Below the pieces are notes generated by a model that ran no database searches, was not told where the DNA came from, and worked only from the letters and a program-made list of their open reading frames with translations. A stretch of 64,000 bases of DNA from Candidatus Dormiibacterota bacterium (lineage in GTDB: Bacteria > Chloroflexota > Dormibacteria > CF-121): contig DASYVR010000024.1 of assembly GCA_035936995.1 (NCBI GenBank), forward strand, positions 7,276-71,275, written 5' to 3'. The position numbers and the translations under genes were made by a program. Shown here one piece after another: positions 33,612-43,367 of the stretch. The stretch's first letter is position 1; the number at the start of each line of letters is the position of its first letter.

Positions 33612-34706
33612 TTAAGGGGCCCCCAGCTGCTCCTCGATCGCCGGAGCGAACGCAGGAACCCGCGCCGCCAGGGCCCGCAGCAGCCCAAAGCACCCCGCCA
33701 GCATCATGTCGCCGTGAGGGACGGCCAGGTGCGGGTGCAGGCGCGAGCGCTCGAGTAGCGCGCGCCGGGGCCCGATCACGGCCAGCAGCTCCGGCGGTGC
33801 CGAGGGCCTCCCCACCTGCAGCGCCCCGTGACCCATGTCATCGAAAACCGCCTGGTTGGAGAGCGTTCCCGCGGCCAGTGCCTCGAGGTAGCCTTCGAGC
33901 TTGGCGGCGTTGAGCTCCCCGGTATGGTGCTCGAGCAAGCTACGAATCTGGCGCCGGTCCAGGACCGCCGCGATGGTATGGAAGTTGCCCAGGTTGGCGA
34001 TGATGAGCCGCTGCGTCGACCCCACCCGGGCGTCGTCCAGCGCGCCGAGGATCGCCGCCGGCCCGGTATCCATCACGAAGAGCGGCTCCGAACCCGTCCA
34101 GCTGCTCGCCACCGCGCGCATTCGAGTCATTCGCTCGGGGATTTCCGCGGCGAGGAAACCAAAGCCCGTAAGCTCGATGCCGCGCTCGACCTGGTCCCGC
34201 AGGTAATCGAACCGAAAGCGGCGGTCGCTGACCTCCGGCGGCGCGGCGCCGTGGTCGAAGACAGCCACCGCGATGGCGTCGAACGTGGTGCTCACGCCGA
34301 AGGCCCGCAGCGCCGCCATCAACTCGGGGGCGTAGACGTCGCGCAGCTCGAGCCGCCGGGCGGCACCGGCGCCATTCGGCGCATCGACAATCCGGATGCC
34401 CATCGCCGCCACGCGCTCGAGGTCATCATCGAACGTCCGGGCCGCCTCGGACGTGGCGTAAACGTTCAGCCCCGCCCGCAAATGGGCCTCCACCGCCCAT
34501 TGGTCCGGCCCGCCGCCCATCGTGACGCCGGTCAGGAGCACGTCGGCCTTGTCCGCGGTGGCCTGCTTGACCCGCTCTGCCAGCAACGCCGTCGGGGACG
34601 GCATGATCAGCTGGACGGCGTTCTCGATCAGCGTGCCGGCTTCGAACACCAGGATGTCCTGAGTGCCGGTGCCGACGTCGATCGCCAGGATCCGTGGCCG
34701 GCTCAA
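33612..34706 (-). CDS. ASKHA-fold (actin/Hsp70/sugar-kinase-like) protein, DUF1786-like
   Basis: ILAIDVGTGTQDILVF is a phosphate-1 motif and LLTGVTMGGGP follows. TTG 34706 preferred over ATG 34805, which would overlap the divergent gene. Confidence 0.55.
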   Translation of the reverse strand: MSRPRILAIDVGTGTQDILVFEAGTLIENAVQLIMPSPTALLAERVKQATADKADVLLTGVTMGGGPDQWAVEAHLRAGLNVYATSEAARTFDDDLERVAAMGIRIVDAPNGAGAARRLELRDVYAPELMAALRAFGVSTTFDAIAVAVFDHGAAPPEVSDRRFRFDYLRDQVERGIELTGFGFLAAEIPERMTRMRAVASSWTGSEPLFVMDTGPAAILGALDDARVGSTQRLIIANLGNFHTIAAVLDRRQIRSLLEHHTGELNAAKLEGYLEALAAGTLSNQAVFDDMGHGALQVGRPSAPPELLAVIGPRRALLERSRLHPHLAVPHGDMMLAGCFGLLRALAARVPAFAPAIEEQLGAP

Positions 34707-34766
34707 TCGGCCGCCCCCCTCGACAGGGCAAGCTCGGATGTCACTTTTCCGTTCATCCGGTAGTCC

Positions 34767-36260
34767 ATGCCGATTCTCGCCAGCTTGGTCTGCCCAAAAT
34801 GCCACGGTCCGTTAACTGGCGAGCCTGATCGCGAGCTCCGCTGCGTGCGGGACGGAACCCGGTACCCGATCGTCGATGGCATCCCGTTGTTCATGATGCC
34901 CGGCAGCGAGCCGATTGCGCTACCCGGGTGCGCCCTGAGCCTGCTCCTCCCCGCCCTGAATGAAGCCCAGAACCTGGATCGGATCCTCCCCGAGCTCAAG
35001 AAGGCGCTGGCGAAGCTGGGTCCCACCCAGGAGATCATCGTGGTCGATGGTGGTTCGAGCGACGGCACCCAGGAGGTGGTGCGCAAGCACGCCGTCCGCC
35101 TGGTCAGCCAGAAGCTGCCTGGGTTTGGCGGCGCGTACCGCGCCGGCTTCGAGCAGGCGCGTGGCGAGTACGTGGTCACGCTCGATGCCGACGGGTCGCA
35201 CGATCCCGCGTTCCTGGCCGACCTGTGGGCCGCCCGCGGCGAGGGTGACGTCGTGATCGCCTCCCGCTACGTCCCTGGCGGAACGGCGGAGATGCCGACC
35301 TGGCGCCGACTGCTCAGCCGGGTGCTGAATACCACCTTCGGCCGAGGCCTATCGCTTCCCGTCCACGACATCTCCAGCGGCTTTCGGCTCTATCGCCGGG
35401 CGGTGCTGCTGGACCTCCAGCTAACGGCCACCGACTTCGACGTGCTGGAGGAGATCCTGATCCGGGCGCTGGCCGCCGGCTACCGCGTCCGCGAGGTCCC
35501 GTTCCGTTACCGGGCGCGGGTCGCCGGGCACAGCCATGCCCGTCTCTTCAAATTCGCGATTTCCTACCTGCGAACCTTCGTGGCGATGTGGCGGCTCCGC
35601 AACTCCATCGCCTCGTCGGACTATGATGCCCGCGCCTACGACAGCGTGATCCCGCTGCAGCGCTACTGGCAGCGGCGGCGCTACCAGGCCATCACGCGGC
35701 TGGCCGGCGGCTTCACGCAGGTGCTCGACGTCGGCTGCGGCTCGAGCCGAATCCTCGGCGCGATTCCCGGAATGATCGGCCTCGACATCCAGCTCCACAA
35801 GCTGCGCTACGCGCGCCGCTATGGCAACGAGCTCGTCCAGGGTTCGATCTTCGAGCTGCCGTTCAGTGATGACACCTTTGATTGCGTCGTGTGTTCCGAG
35901 GTAATCGAACACATCCCCGCGCAGGAGAAGCCGTTCGACGAATTGACGCGCGTGCTCAAGACCGGCGGCCGGCTGATCGTGGGCACCCCGGATTATGACC
36001 GCTGGCGTTGGCGCGCGCTGGAGTGGCTCTACGGGCGGCTATCGCCTGGCGGCTACGCCGACGAACACATCACGCACTACAGCCGTGCAAATCTCGGCCC
36101 CTATCTGCAGGGCAAAGGCTATGAGATCGAGAGCGTCGAGTACGTCGGCGGCTCCGAGATGATCTTCAGCCTGAAGAAACTCGCCCCGATGGCCTCCCCG
36201 GTGTCCGCCCGCTCGGTGCGAACCGCGCTCCGCGAGGCGGGGACGGCGCGCGCCGCGTAA
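34767..36260 (+). CDS. Tri-domain fusion: Trm112-like zinc ribbon, GT2 glycosyltransferase (DPM1-like), class I SAM methyltransferase
   Basis: LVCPKCHGPL...LRCVRDGTRYPIVDGIPLFM. LSLLLPALNEAQNL...IIVVDGGSSDGT...TLDADGSHDP. VLDVGCGSSRILG...CSEVIEHIP...GGRLIVGTPD. Confidence 0.8.
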   Translation: MPILASLVCPKCHGPLTGEPDRELRCVRDGTRYPIVDGIPLFMMPGSEPIALPGCALSLLLPALNEAQNLDRILPELKKALAKLGPTQEIIVVDGGSSDGTQEVVRKHAVRLVSQKLPGFGGAYRAGFEQARGEYVVTLDADGSHDPAFLADLWAARGEGDVVIASRYVPGGTAEMPTWRRLLSRVLNTTFGRGLSLPVHDISSGFRLYRRAVLLDLQLTATDFDVLEEILIRALAAGYRVREVPFRYRARVAGHSHARLFKFAISYLRTFVAMWRLRNSIASSDYDARAYDSVIPLQRYWQRRRYQAITRLAGGFTQVLDVGCGSSRILGAIPGMIGLDIQLHKLRYARRYGNELVQGSIFELPFSDDTFDCVVCSEVIEHIPAQEKPFDELTRVLKTGGRLIVGTPDYDRWRWRALEWLYGRLSPGGYADEHITHYSRANLGPYLQGKGYEIESVEYVGGSEMIFSLKKLAPMASPVSARSVRTALREAGTARAA

Positions 36261-36282
36261 CGGCCGCTCTGCCGGATCGTCG

Positions 36283-36753
36283 TCATCGGGCCAGCACGTG
36301 ACGCTCGAACATCCTGAGGATCTCGTTCGGCGTGGCGGTCATTTGGTCGACGAAATAGCCACCGTCGAAGTCGAGGCCTTTGGCCCGCAGAAAGCCCGCC
36401 CCGGGATGGCGCTTCATCACCATGACCCCGGGCTTGAGTCGGTAGGCGAGCACCGTCCGGCCGCCGGCCTTCACCAGCGCGACCGCGGCAATCTCATCCC
36501 AGGGCAGTAATGGGCTCTTTCCGGAGCGTCGAAAGATGACGCCGTCCCCCATGAATTCGAAGCGGGGCCGGACCGGGCCGCGCATCGCGAGGAAGCCGAT
36601 CACCGGCGCAACCACCGCGGCCCACCCGATGCCGCGACCGGCGAGCAGGAGGACGATGCCGCCGACCTCGGTCACCGTCGCCAGCGGCAGAAAGAGCGCC
36701 CAGGGCATCCGGGCGTTGACGACGACGATCGCCGGAGGCGACGAGACGGTCAT
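36283..36753 (-). CDS. Two-TM protein with a bacterial PH-like domain (YdbS-like)
   Basis: MTVSSPP..., then two helices and GDGVIFRRSGKSPLLPWDEIAAV. The ATG overlaps the lipid kinase stop as ATGA. Confidence 0.45.
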   Translation of the reverse strand: MTVSSPPAIVVVNARMPWALFLPLATVTEVGGIVLLLAGRGIGWAAVVAPVIGFLAMRGPVRPRFEFMGDGVIFRRSGKSPLLPWDEIAAVALVKAGGRTVLAYRLKPGVMVMKRHPGAGFLRAKGLDFDGGYFVDQMTATPNEILRMFERHVLAR

Positions 36754-37640
36754 GCCACCACGTTGACGGCGCCGGGGACGATCTCGGCGCGAAGGACGTT
36801 GCCGCGGTGGACCTCGCCGTCGACCTCGTGCCATTGGACGTCCGGAGCTTTGATCTCCACCGACCGCGCCTTGCGCTGGAGCATGCTGCTGCCGTCGGCG
36901 CGCTGCCGGAACAACCGCCAGAGCACGCCGGCACGTTCGCGCGCGGTGCGCGGCATGTAGACGCAGACGTCTAGCCAGCCGTCGTCGATCGCGATGTTCG
37001 GCCCGAAGCGGAAGGGGGCGGCGCCCAGCATGCCCGCGTTCACCACCAGCACGACGACCGCGGTCAGTTGCGTCACCTCGCCATCCGCTCGGATGGTGAA
37101 CTCGAAGAGCGGCGCCCGCGGGAGCCACCAGGCACCCGCCACCAAATAAGCCGCGCGACCAAGCCAGTACTTGAGGGCGCGAGGCGTGTATCGCATCACG
37201 GTGGCGTCGAAGCCAATGCCGGCAGCCAGCGCCGAGTAGCCGTCGTTCACCCTGACCAGGTCGACGGCGCGGGTGGCCGGAAAGTGTTCCAGGGCTCGAC
37301 GAGTCGCCCGACGCCAGCCGGAGGGTAGCCCCAATTCGCGGGCCACGATGTTCGCGGTCCCTCGAGGCACAATCCCCATCGGCATGCCCCGCTGGTGGGC
37401 CGCCGCCATCACCTCGGCCACCGTGCCATCGCCTCCGGCCGCCAACACCAGCTGAAAGTCGCGGCGGCTGAGGGCCGCACCGATCGCCTCGACGTTCAGC
37501 CCGGCACTGGTCTCCAGAACCGTCGCCTCCCAGCCCGACTGACCCGCGAGCTCGATGAGTCGCCCGCCGAAATCGCTACCGGTTCGCAGCAGCGCCGGGT
37601 TGACGACGAAGAGCGCCCGGCGCCGTTCGGCGCCGCTCAT
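36750..37640 (-). CDS. Diacylglycerol/lipid kinase family protein (YegS/DagK-like)
   Basis: ALFVVNP..., LVLAAGGDGTVAEV, GIVPRGTANIVAREL. Confidence 0.85.
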   Translation of the reverse strand: MSGAERRRALFVVNPALLRTGSDFGGRLIELAGQSGWEATVLETSAGLNVEAIGAALSRRDFQLVLAAGGDGTVAEVMAAAHQRGMPMGIVPRGTANIVARELGLPSGWRRATRRALEHFPATRAVDLVRVNDGYSALAAGIGFDATVMRYTPRALKYWLGRAAYLVAGAWWLPRAPLFEFTIRADGEVTQLTAVVVLVVNAGMLGAAPFRFGPNIAIDDGWLDVCVYMPRTARERAGVLWRLFRQRADGSSMLQRKARSVEIKAPDVQWHEVDGEVHRGNVLRAEIVPGAVNVVA

Positions 37641-37644
37641 GCCA

Positions 37645-38595
37645 TCAGCCCGTAGCTCGGCGGGTCATGCGCTCGTGGGCATCGTCGAGGTGCGGATGGC
37701 CGTCAGGCTGCACGCAGAAGACGTCGCCCGGCCGGCACACCAGGCTTTCGAACTGGATGGTGGTGTGCTCGATCTCGAATTCGTGGGCGAGCACCTCACG
37801 AACCTCGGCCAGGATGTCCTGCGCCTGCGCCACCCGCTGGTCGTCGATCAGCAGGTGCGCGCTCATCGCCCGGCTCTGCGCGCCGAGCGACCAGATATGC
37901 AGGTCATGGAGGTCGCGCACGCCCGGCACCCGCTTGACCGCGGTCACGACCGCATCGGTCCGCAGGTCGGACGGTGTCGACTCGAGCAGGATGTCGATGG
38001 CCGCGGCCAGGACGCGCCAGACGCTCCAGGCGATCAGCGCCGCGATGGCAAGGCTGAGCAGCGAGTCGATCGCCAACCAGCCGGTGGCGGCGATCAGGAG
38101 CCCGGCGACAATGATGCCGCCGGACGCCCAGGCGTCGCCCCAGATGTGGATCAACACGCTACGCACCGTCAGGTCGCGCTCCAGAGGCTGGAGCGAGCGG
38201 GCGATCACCAAGGAGATGACCAGCCCGACGACCGCCGCCCCAGCCATGAGGCCGCCACTCACGGCTCCCGGATGCTGCAGCCGGCGAACGGCCTCGACCA
38301 CGATCGCCACGACGATCGCGCCGAGCAGCAGGGCATTCGCCAGCGCGACCAGGATCCCCACGCGCTGATAGCCGAAGGTGCGCCGGGCGCTGGCCGGACG
38401 CTGCACCTGCCGCAGCGCGAAGGTCGAGAGCGCCAGCACCAGCAGGTCGGTCACGACGTGACCGGCGTCGCTGAGCAGCGCGAGGCTGTGCGCCCAGACG
38501 CCGCCGGCGACCTCGACGACCAGCACGACCCCGGTGAGGACCAGGGCCAGCCGCACCCGTCCAGCGGCACCCCCGCTCACATTGGCGAGTCGCAT
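37645..38595 (-). CDS. Cation diffusion facilitator family transporter (CzcD-like)
   Basis: AHSLALLSDAGHVVTDLL, HIWGDAWASGG and DLHIWSL. Start is ATG 38595, GTG 38580 or ATG 38616. Confidence 0.85.
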   Translation of the reverse strand: MRLANVSGGAAGRVRLALVLTGVVLVVEVAGGVWAHSLALLSDAGHVVTDLLVLALSTFALRQVQRPASARRTFGYQRVGILVALANALLLGAIVVAIVVEAVRRLQHPGAVSGGLMAGAAVVGLVISLVIARSLQPLERDLTVRSVLIHIWGDAWASGGIIVAGLLIAATGWLAIDSLLSLAIAALIAWSVWRVLAAAIDILLESTPSDLRTDAVVTAVKRVPGVRDLHDLHIWSLGAQSRAMSAHLLIDDQRVAQAQDILAEVREVLAHEFEIEHTTIQFESLVCRPGDVFCVQPDGHPHLDDAHERMTRRATG

Positions 38596-39595
38596 GCCTA
38601 CTATCTTATGGCGCATCTCGAACTCCATCGACGACCTTGCGTTTACGCCCGCCACCGGACAGCGGCTGCACTGGGACGAACTCCCAGCCTCTCTCCGCGA
38701 CCGGTTGGAGGAGCGGCTCGGGTCACGGGTGGTCGAGGCTGCGACCCAACCCGGCGGCTTCTCACCTGGTGTGGCGGCCCGGCTTCGCCTCGCCAATGGG
38801 ACACGCGTGTTCATCAAAGTCGTCGGATCGCGCCCGAATCCAGAGTCGCCGGCCATGCACCGGCGCGAAGCGCGGATCGCCGCCGCGCTTCCCGGCTCCG
38901 TCCCGACACCACGGTTCCTTTGGTCGTACGACGATGGCGACTGGGTGGCGACTGCCTTCGAAGACATCGAGGGACGGACACCGGCCACCCCATGGCGTCC
39001 GGAGGAGCTCAGCCGAGTCCTCGAGGTCATCAGGCAGCTGGTCGAGAGCTTGACGCCATCTCCCATCAGGGTGGAACCGATCGCGGAGCGCCTGCACGAG
39101 CATTTCCAGGGCTGGCGAACGCTCCACGCGGCCGCTCGGACAGGTGCCGACGACCTTGGCGGCGTGCCCGACTGGGCGCGGCGTCATCTGGGACGGCTGG
39201 CGGCGCTCGAATCGGAGTGGGCGGAGGCGTCGACCGGGCCGACGCTGCTTCATTTCGACCTCCGCGCCGACAACATCCTGATCACGCCCAACCGGGTGCT
39301 GGTCGTCGACTGGCCGCATGCATCGTTGGGGGCGGGGTGGATGGAGCTGCTCGAGATTCTGCCAAGCATCGCGATGCAGGGCGGACCAAAGCCGTGGGAG
39401 ATCTTCGATGCGCACCCGCTCGGCCGCAATACTCCGAACCGGGCTGTCACCGCGGTGCTGGCGGCGATGGCCGGCTACTTCGTCGTTCAATCGCGGTTGC
39501 CCGCCCCGCCCGGCCTGCCCACTCTGCGCGCCTTTCAGGGTGATCAGGGTGTCCCCGCCGTCGAATGGCTGGTGCGCCGAACTGGCTGGACGTAG
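38594..39595 (+). CDS. Aminoglycoside/choline-kinase-like phosphotransferase (APH family)
   Basis: GGFSPGVAARLRLANGTRVFIKV and LLHFDLRADNILITPNRVLVVDWPHA (Brenner motif HxDxxxxN ... D). Confidence 0.75.
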   Translation: MPTILWRISNSIDDLAFTPATGQRLHWDELPASLRDRLEERLGSRVVEAATQPGGFSPGVAARLRLANGTRVFIKVVGSRPNPESPAMHRREARIAAALPGSVPTPRFLWSYDDGDWVATAFEDIEGRTPATPWRPEELSRVLEVIRQLVESLTPSPIRVEPIAERLHEHFQGWRTLHAAARTGADDLGGVPDWARRHLGRLAALESEWAEASTGPTLLHFDLRADNILITPNRVLVVDWPHASLGAGWMELLEILPSIAMQGGPKPWEIFDAHPLGRNTPNRAVTAVLAAMAGYFVVQSRLPAPPGLPTLRAFQGDQGVPAVEWLVRRTGWT

Positions 39596-39622
39596 ACCAG
39601 CAGGAGTTCGGCACGGTCGCGC

Positions 39623-41071
39623 TCAGGAGAGGGCGGCCGCGATCGGCAGGTACAGCTGGCGGTATCGAAGGTAGGGCTCCACGTACGCCTCGCTCGATGG
39701 GCCCGGCGTCGCGACCAGCGTGGGCGGCGCGGCCAGGGCGGACGCCCGTCGTGCATCGGGCCAGGCGCCGAAGCCGACGCCTGCGAGCAGGGCGGCGCCG
39801 AGGGCCGAGGCGGCCGAGGTTGCGGTCGCGAGCAGCGGCTGCTCCAAAACATCGGCGAGCAGCTGACGCCAGCGTGGATCGAGCGTTCCACCTCCGGCGA
39901 GCCGCAACTCGGTGGCGGGAACCGCGGTCGCCAGCAGTGCCTCCAGCCCCTGCCGAACCGCGAACGCGACGCCCTCCAGCGCGGCACGCAACAGGTGGCC
40001 GCGTGTGTGCATCAACCGAAGCCCGACCCACGCGCCCCTCGCGTTCGAATCGAAATAGGGCGTGCGCTCGCCGGTGAGGTACGGGAGGAAGAGCAGGCCG
40101 TCCGCTCCCGGCGCGACGGCGAACGCCTCGGCGTAGACCTCGTCCCAGCTCGCGCCCAGCGTGGCCCGAACCCATTCCAGCGCGGTGCCGGCGTTCTGCA
40201 TCGCCGCCATCGCATACCAGCGGTCAGGCGCGGCCGCGCGATACAGGTGGGTGCGGGCAGTGGGATCCATGGCGAGCCGGTCACGCGGCGCCAGCACCTG
40301 GGCCCCACTGCCGATCGTGAGCTGCACCGGACCGGGGTCGAGCAACCCGCCGGCGATCGCGGCCGCGGCCGTGTCGGCGGCACCCGCTATCACCGGCAGG
40401 TTGGGACGAACCGCGAGATGCTCGGCAGCCGAAGCGGTGAGGATGCCGCAGATCTCGACCGACTCCCGGATCGGCGCCAGGAAATCGAGGCGCAGGTCGA
40501 GCGCATCGAGGAGGTCCCTGGCCCAGTAGTCCGTCGTCATGTCATAAAGCAGCGTGCCGGAGGCGTCGCTCGGCTCGGTCGCAGCTTCGTGGATGAGTCG
40601 TAATCGCAGCCAGTCTTTTGGCTGCAGCGCCCATTGCGCCCGGCGATACAGTTGCCGTTCGTGGTCGCGGAGCCAGAGCAACGTCGGTCCGGCCATCCCG
40701 GTGGCCAGCGGGTTCGCGAGCTTGCGCCGAAGATCCGGGCTCAGCTCGCGGTAAGCCTCCAGCTGCCGCCTCGTTCGGCCGTCGGCCCAGATGATCGCCG
40801 GCCGCAGCGCATGCCCCGTGTCATCGCTGAGCACGACGCCATGCATCTGGCCCGAAACACCGATCGCGGCGATTTCAGCGGCATGCGCGCCCGCGGCCTC
40901 CGGCACGGCGATGGCGGCTGCCTGCCACCAGGCTTCGGGTTCAGCCTCGGCCCAGCCCGGCTGCGGCGTCATCAGCGGATACGCCGCAGACCCGGTGCCC
41001 ACGATCGACCCGTCGACGTCGAGCACGAGCGCCTTGAGCGAGCTGGTGCCTAGGTCGATCCCGAGGAACAT
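39623..41071 (-). CDS. FGGY-family carbohydrate kinase (xylulokinase-like)
   Basis: MFLGIDLGTSSLKALVLD, GWAEAEPEAWW and GVSGQMHGVVL. Confidence 0.85.
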   Translation of the reverse strand: MFLGIDLGTSSLKALVLDVDGSIVGTGSAAYPLMTPQPGWAEAEPEAWWQAAAIAVPEAAGAHAAEIAAIGVSGQMHGVVLSDDTGHALRPAIIWADGRTRRQLEAYRELSPDLRRKLANPLATGMAGPTLLWLRDHERQLYRRAQWALQPKDWLRLRLIHEAATEPSDASGTLLYDMTTDYWARDLLDALDLRLDFLAPIRESVEICGILTASAAEHLAVRPNLPVIAGAADTAAAAIAGGLLDPGPVQLTIGSGAQVLAPRDRLAMDPTARTHLYRAAAPDRWYAMAAMQNAGTALEWVRATLGASWDEVYAEAFAVAPGADGLLFLPYLTGERTPYFDSNARGAWVGLRLMHTRGHLLRAALEGVAFAVRQGLEALLATAVPATELRLAGGGTLDPRWRQLLADVLEQPLLATATSAASALGAALLAGVGFGAWPDARRASALAAPPTLVATPGPSSEAYVEPYLRYRQLYLPIAAALS

Positions 41072-42642
41072 ACCGCCCCTTCCCATGGACCAAGCTCCAG
41101 CCCACCGTCGACTCGCTGAGCCTCGCGTTCACGAGCGGTGGCGATCAGGATGGTGCCGGTCGTTTGCGGCAGGCGAATGCGCCGATCCGAGAGATTGAGC
41201 ACGACGGTTGTACCCTGGCCGCGCTGCCATGCCCAGACGCCATCAGGTGACCGCAGCTGGCGGTAGGCGCCGCCCTGCAGATCGCTGGATGTCCGGCGCA
41301 GGGCGATGACGTCGCGAACGAAGCAGAGGATCGAGGATGAATCATGCCGCTGGTCGGCGACGTTACGGATCCGGGCATTGCCAATCGGCAGCCACGGCCG
41401 CACCTGCGGGTCGGTAAACCCGGCACCGATCGCATCCGTCCATAGCATTGGGGTCCGCTCCGGATCGCGGCCGCGGGGCAGCGGCCAGTACCGTTTGCCC
41501 AGCGGATCCTGCAGCTCCTGCTCGCCGATCGGCGTGTCGGGCATCCCGATCTCGTCGCCGTAGTAGAGGACAGGCGTGCCACGCAGCGTGAGCAAACTCA
41601 GCAGCGCGCTGCGCAGCTTTCGCTCGTCACCGCCGCACCAGCGCGACATCACGCGGGACACATCGTGGTTGGACACGGTCCAGACGGGTCAGCCGACATC
41701 CGGGATCACCAGCTCACTCTCGGCGACGACGTCTGTCAGGATCCCGGGCGTGAACGACGCATGCAGGTAGGTGAAGTTGAAGGCCAGATGAAGTTCGTCA
41801 CCGTTGCCGTAGAAGCGGCCCATCGTTTTCACGTCGCGGACGTACGTCTCGCCCAGCAGGATGCGCGGCGGGTCGTACCTGTTGGCAAGCGCGCGCCAGC
41901 GGCGAATGACGTCGTGGACCTCGGGTCGTTCGACGTTGTAGATCGTGCGCTGGCCATGCGCCCGCACATGGGGCGGGTCGTCCGGTGTCGCGACCGGGTT
42001 GTCGCGCAATTCGCGATCCTTGACGATGCCGTGGGCGACATCGATGCGAAAGCCGGCCACGCCGCGGTCGAACCAGAAGCGATAGATATCGTCGAAGGCA
42101 TCGCGAACCGCGGGGTTCCACCAGTTGAGATCTGGCTGTTGGGGCAGGAAGTTGTGCAGGTAGTGCTGGCCCGTGCGCTGGTCGAGCGTCCACGCCGGGC
42201 CGCCGAAGGCGCTGAGCCAGTTATTCGGCGGACTGCCATCGGCCTTGGGATCGGCCCAGACGTACCAGTCCCGATGGCGGGCCGTTCGGGACGATCGTGA
42301 ATCGACGAACCAGGCGTGCCGGTCGCTGCTGTGGTTGGGCACGATGTCGAGCACGATCTTGATGTCGCGCTTCGCCGCTTCCGCGATCAGCTCATCGACC
42401 GTGTTCAGATCGCCGAGGACGGGCTGGACGGCACAGTAATCGGCGACGTCGTATCCCGCATCAGCATCCGGGGAGAGCGTGATCGGGTTCAGCCAGACGG
42501 CGTCGACGCCAAGCCATTGCAGGTAATCGAGGCGATCGATGATGCCAGGAAGGTCACCGATGCCGTCGCCATTCGAATCCTGGAACGACCGCGGATAGAC
42601 CTGGTAGACGACGCCATGGCGCCACCATTCGCCGGAAGACAT
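41050..42642 (-). pseudogene. GH13 alpha-glucosidase/oligo-1,6-glucosidase-like gene interrupted by one in-frame TGA (41689-41691)
   Basis: Track ORFs 41689..42642 and 41050..41676 share one frame. VVYQVYPRSFQDSNGDGIGDL, GFRIDVAHGI and NHD are GH13 motifs. The junction reads VIPDVG-TGA-PVWTVSNHDVSR. Total length about 530 codons. Confidence 0.8.
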
Positions 42643-42696
42643 TCCCGGCCATCCTACCGGCAGGGCACGGCCTGCTGGCGCTGCGCGGCGGTGCGG

Positions 42697-43353
42697 TTAA
42701 GGACGATCCTTTGCGATGATCGGCGTCGTGGCGTGCCCGTTCGGCGAGTAGCCGCCGGCCAGCGTCTTCACCGCCGGCTCGATGATGGCGTCGATCAGCC
42801 CGTAGTCCTTCGCCTGGTCCGGCGTCATGAAGAAGTCGCGCTCGATGTCACGCTCGACCTGCTCCGTCGAGCGGCCGGTGTGCTGCGCATAGATGCCGAC
42901 GATGATCTCCCGCAGCCGGAGGATCTCGCGGGCATGGATCTCGATGTCGGTGGCCTGCGAAGTCCGCATGCCCCCGCTCGGCTGATGAAGCACGATCTGG
43001 CAATGCGGCAACGAGAATCGCTTGCCCTTCGTTCCGCCAACCAGGATCAGTGAGGCGGCGCTGGCGGCCATCCCGGTGCAGAGGGTGCTGACCGCTGGGT
43101 GGACGTAGCGCATCGTGTCATAGATCGCGAGGCCGGCCGAGAGCGAGCCACCTGGGCTGTTGATGTAGATGCTGATCTCCTTGTCGGGGTCCTCGCTATC
43201 GAGGAAGAGCAGCTGCGCGATCACCAGGTTCGCGACGTCGTCGTCGATCTCGCTGCCCAGGAAGATGATGCGGTCTCGCAGCAACCGAGAGTAGATGTCG
43301 TAAGCGCGCTCGCCGCGCGCCGTGGTCTCGATGACGTTAGGTACAAGTGCCAT
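42697..43353 (-). CDS. clpP: ATP-dependent Clp protease proteolytic subunit
   Basis: [22 protein letters not shown] (Ser), HQPSGG (His) and ERDFFMT (Asp). About a 25 aa C-terminal tail. Track ORF trimmed to ATG 43353. Confidence 0.9.
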   Translation of the reverse strand: MALVPNVIETTARGERAYDIYSRLLRDRIIFLGSEIDDDVANLVIAQLLFLDSEDPDKEISIYINSPGGSLSAGLAIYDTMRYVHPAVSTLCTGMAASAASLILVGGTKGKRFSLPHCQIVLHQPSGGMRTSQATDIEIHAREILRLREIIVGIYAQHTGRSTEQVERDIERDFFMTPDQAKDYGLIDAIIEPAVKTLAGGYSPNGHATTPIIAKDRP

Positions 43354-43367
43354 AACGAATGTCCTCC

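Noticed and set aside
37555-39543. 662 aa plus-strand ORF spanning the CDF transporter and APH kinase loci
   Set aside because: Its composition is Arg/Pro/Gly/Ala-rich with no motifs. It overlaps two genes with clear family signatures in other frames or on the other strand. This is a typical high-GC shadow ORF. The same reasoning applies to 1232..2566, 21313..22788, 32002..33615, 43952..45073, 51881..53395 and 61025..61795.
24516-41691. Genome-wide reassignment of TGA to Trp (genetic code 4-like) as the explanation for the two in-frame TGAs
   Set aside because: TGA clearly terminates many genes here at family-typical lengths (rph, apbE, cofD, cofC, hemB, murI, YciI and others), often in NTGA overlaps with the next start. 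Global recoding does not fit. Only local read-through or mutation remains plausible.
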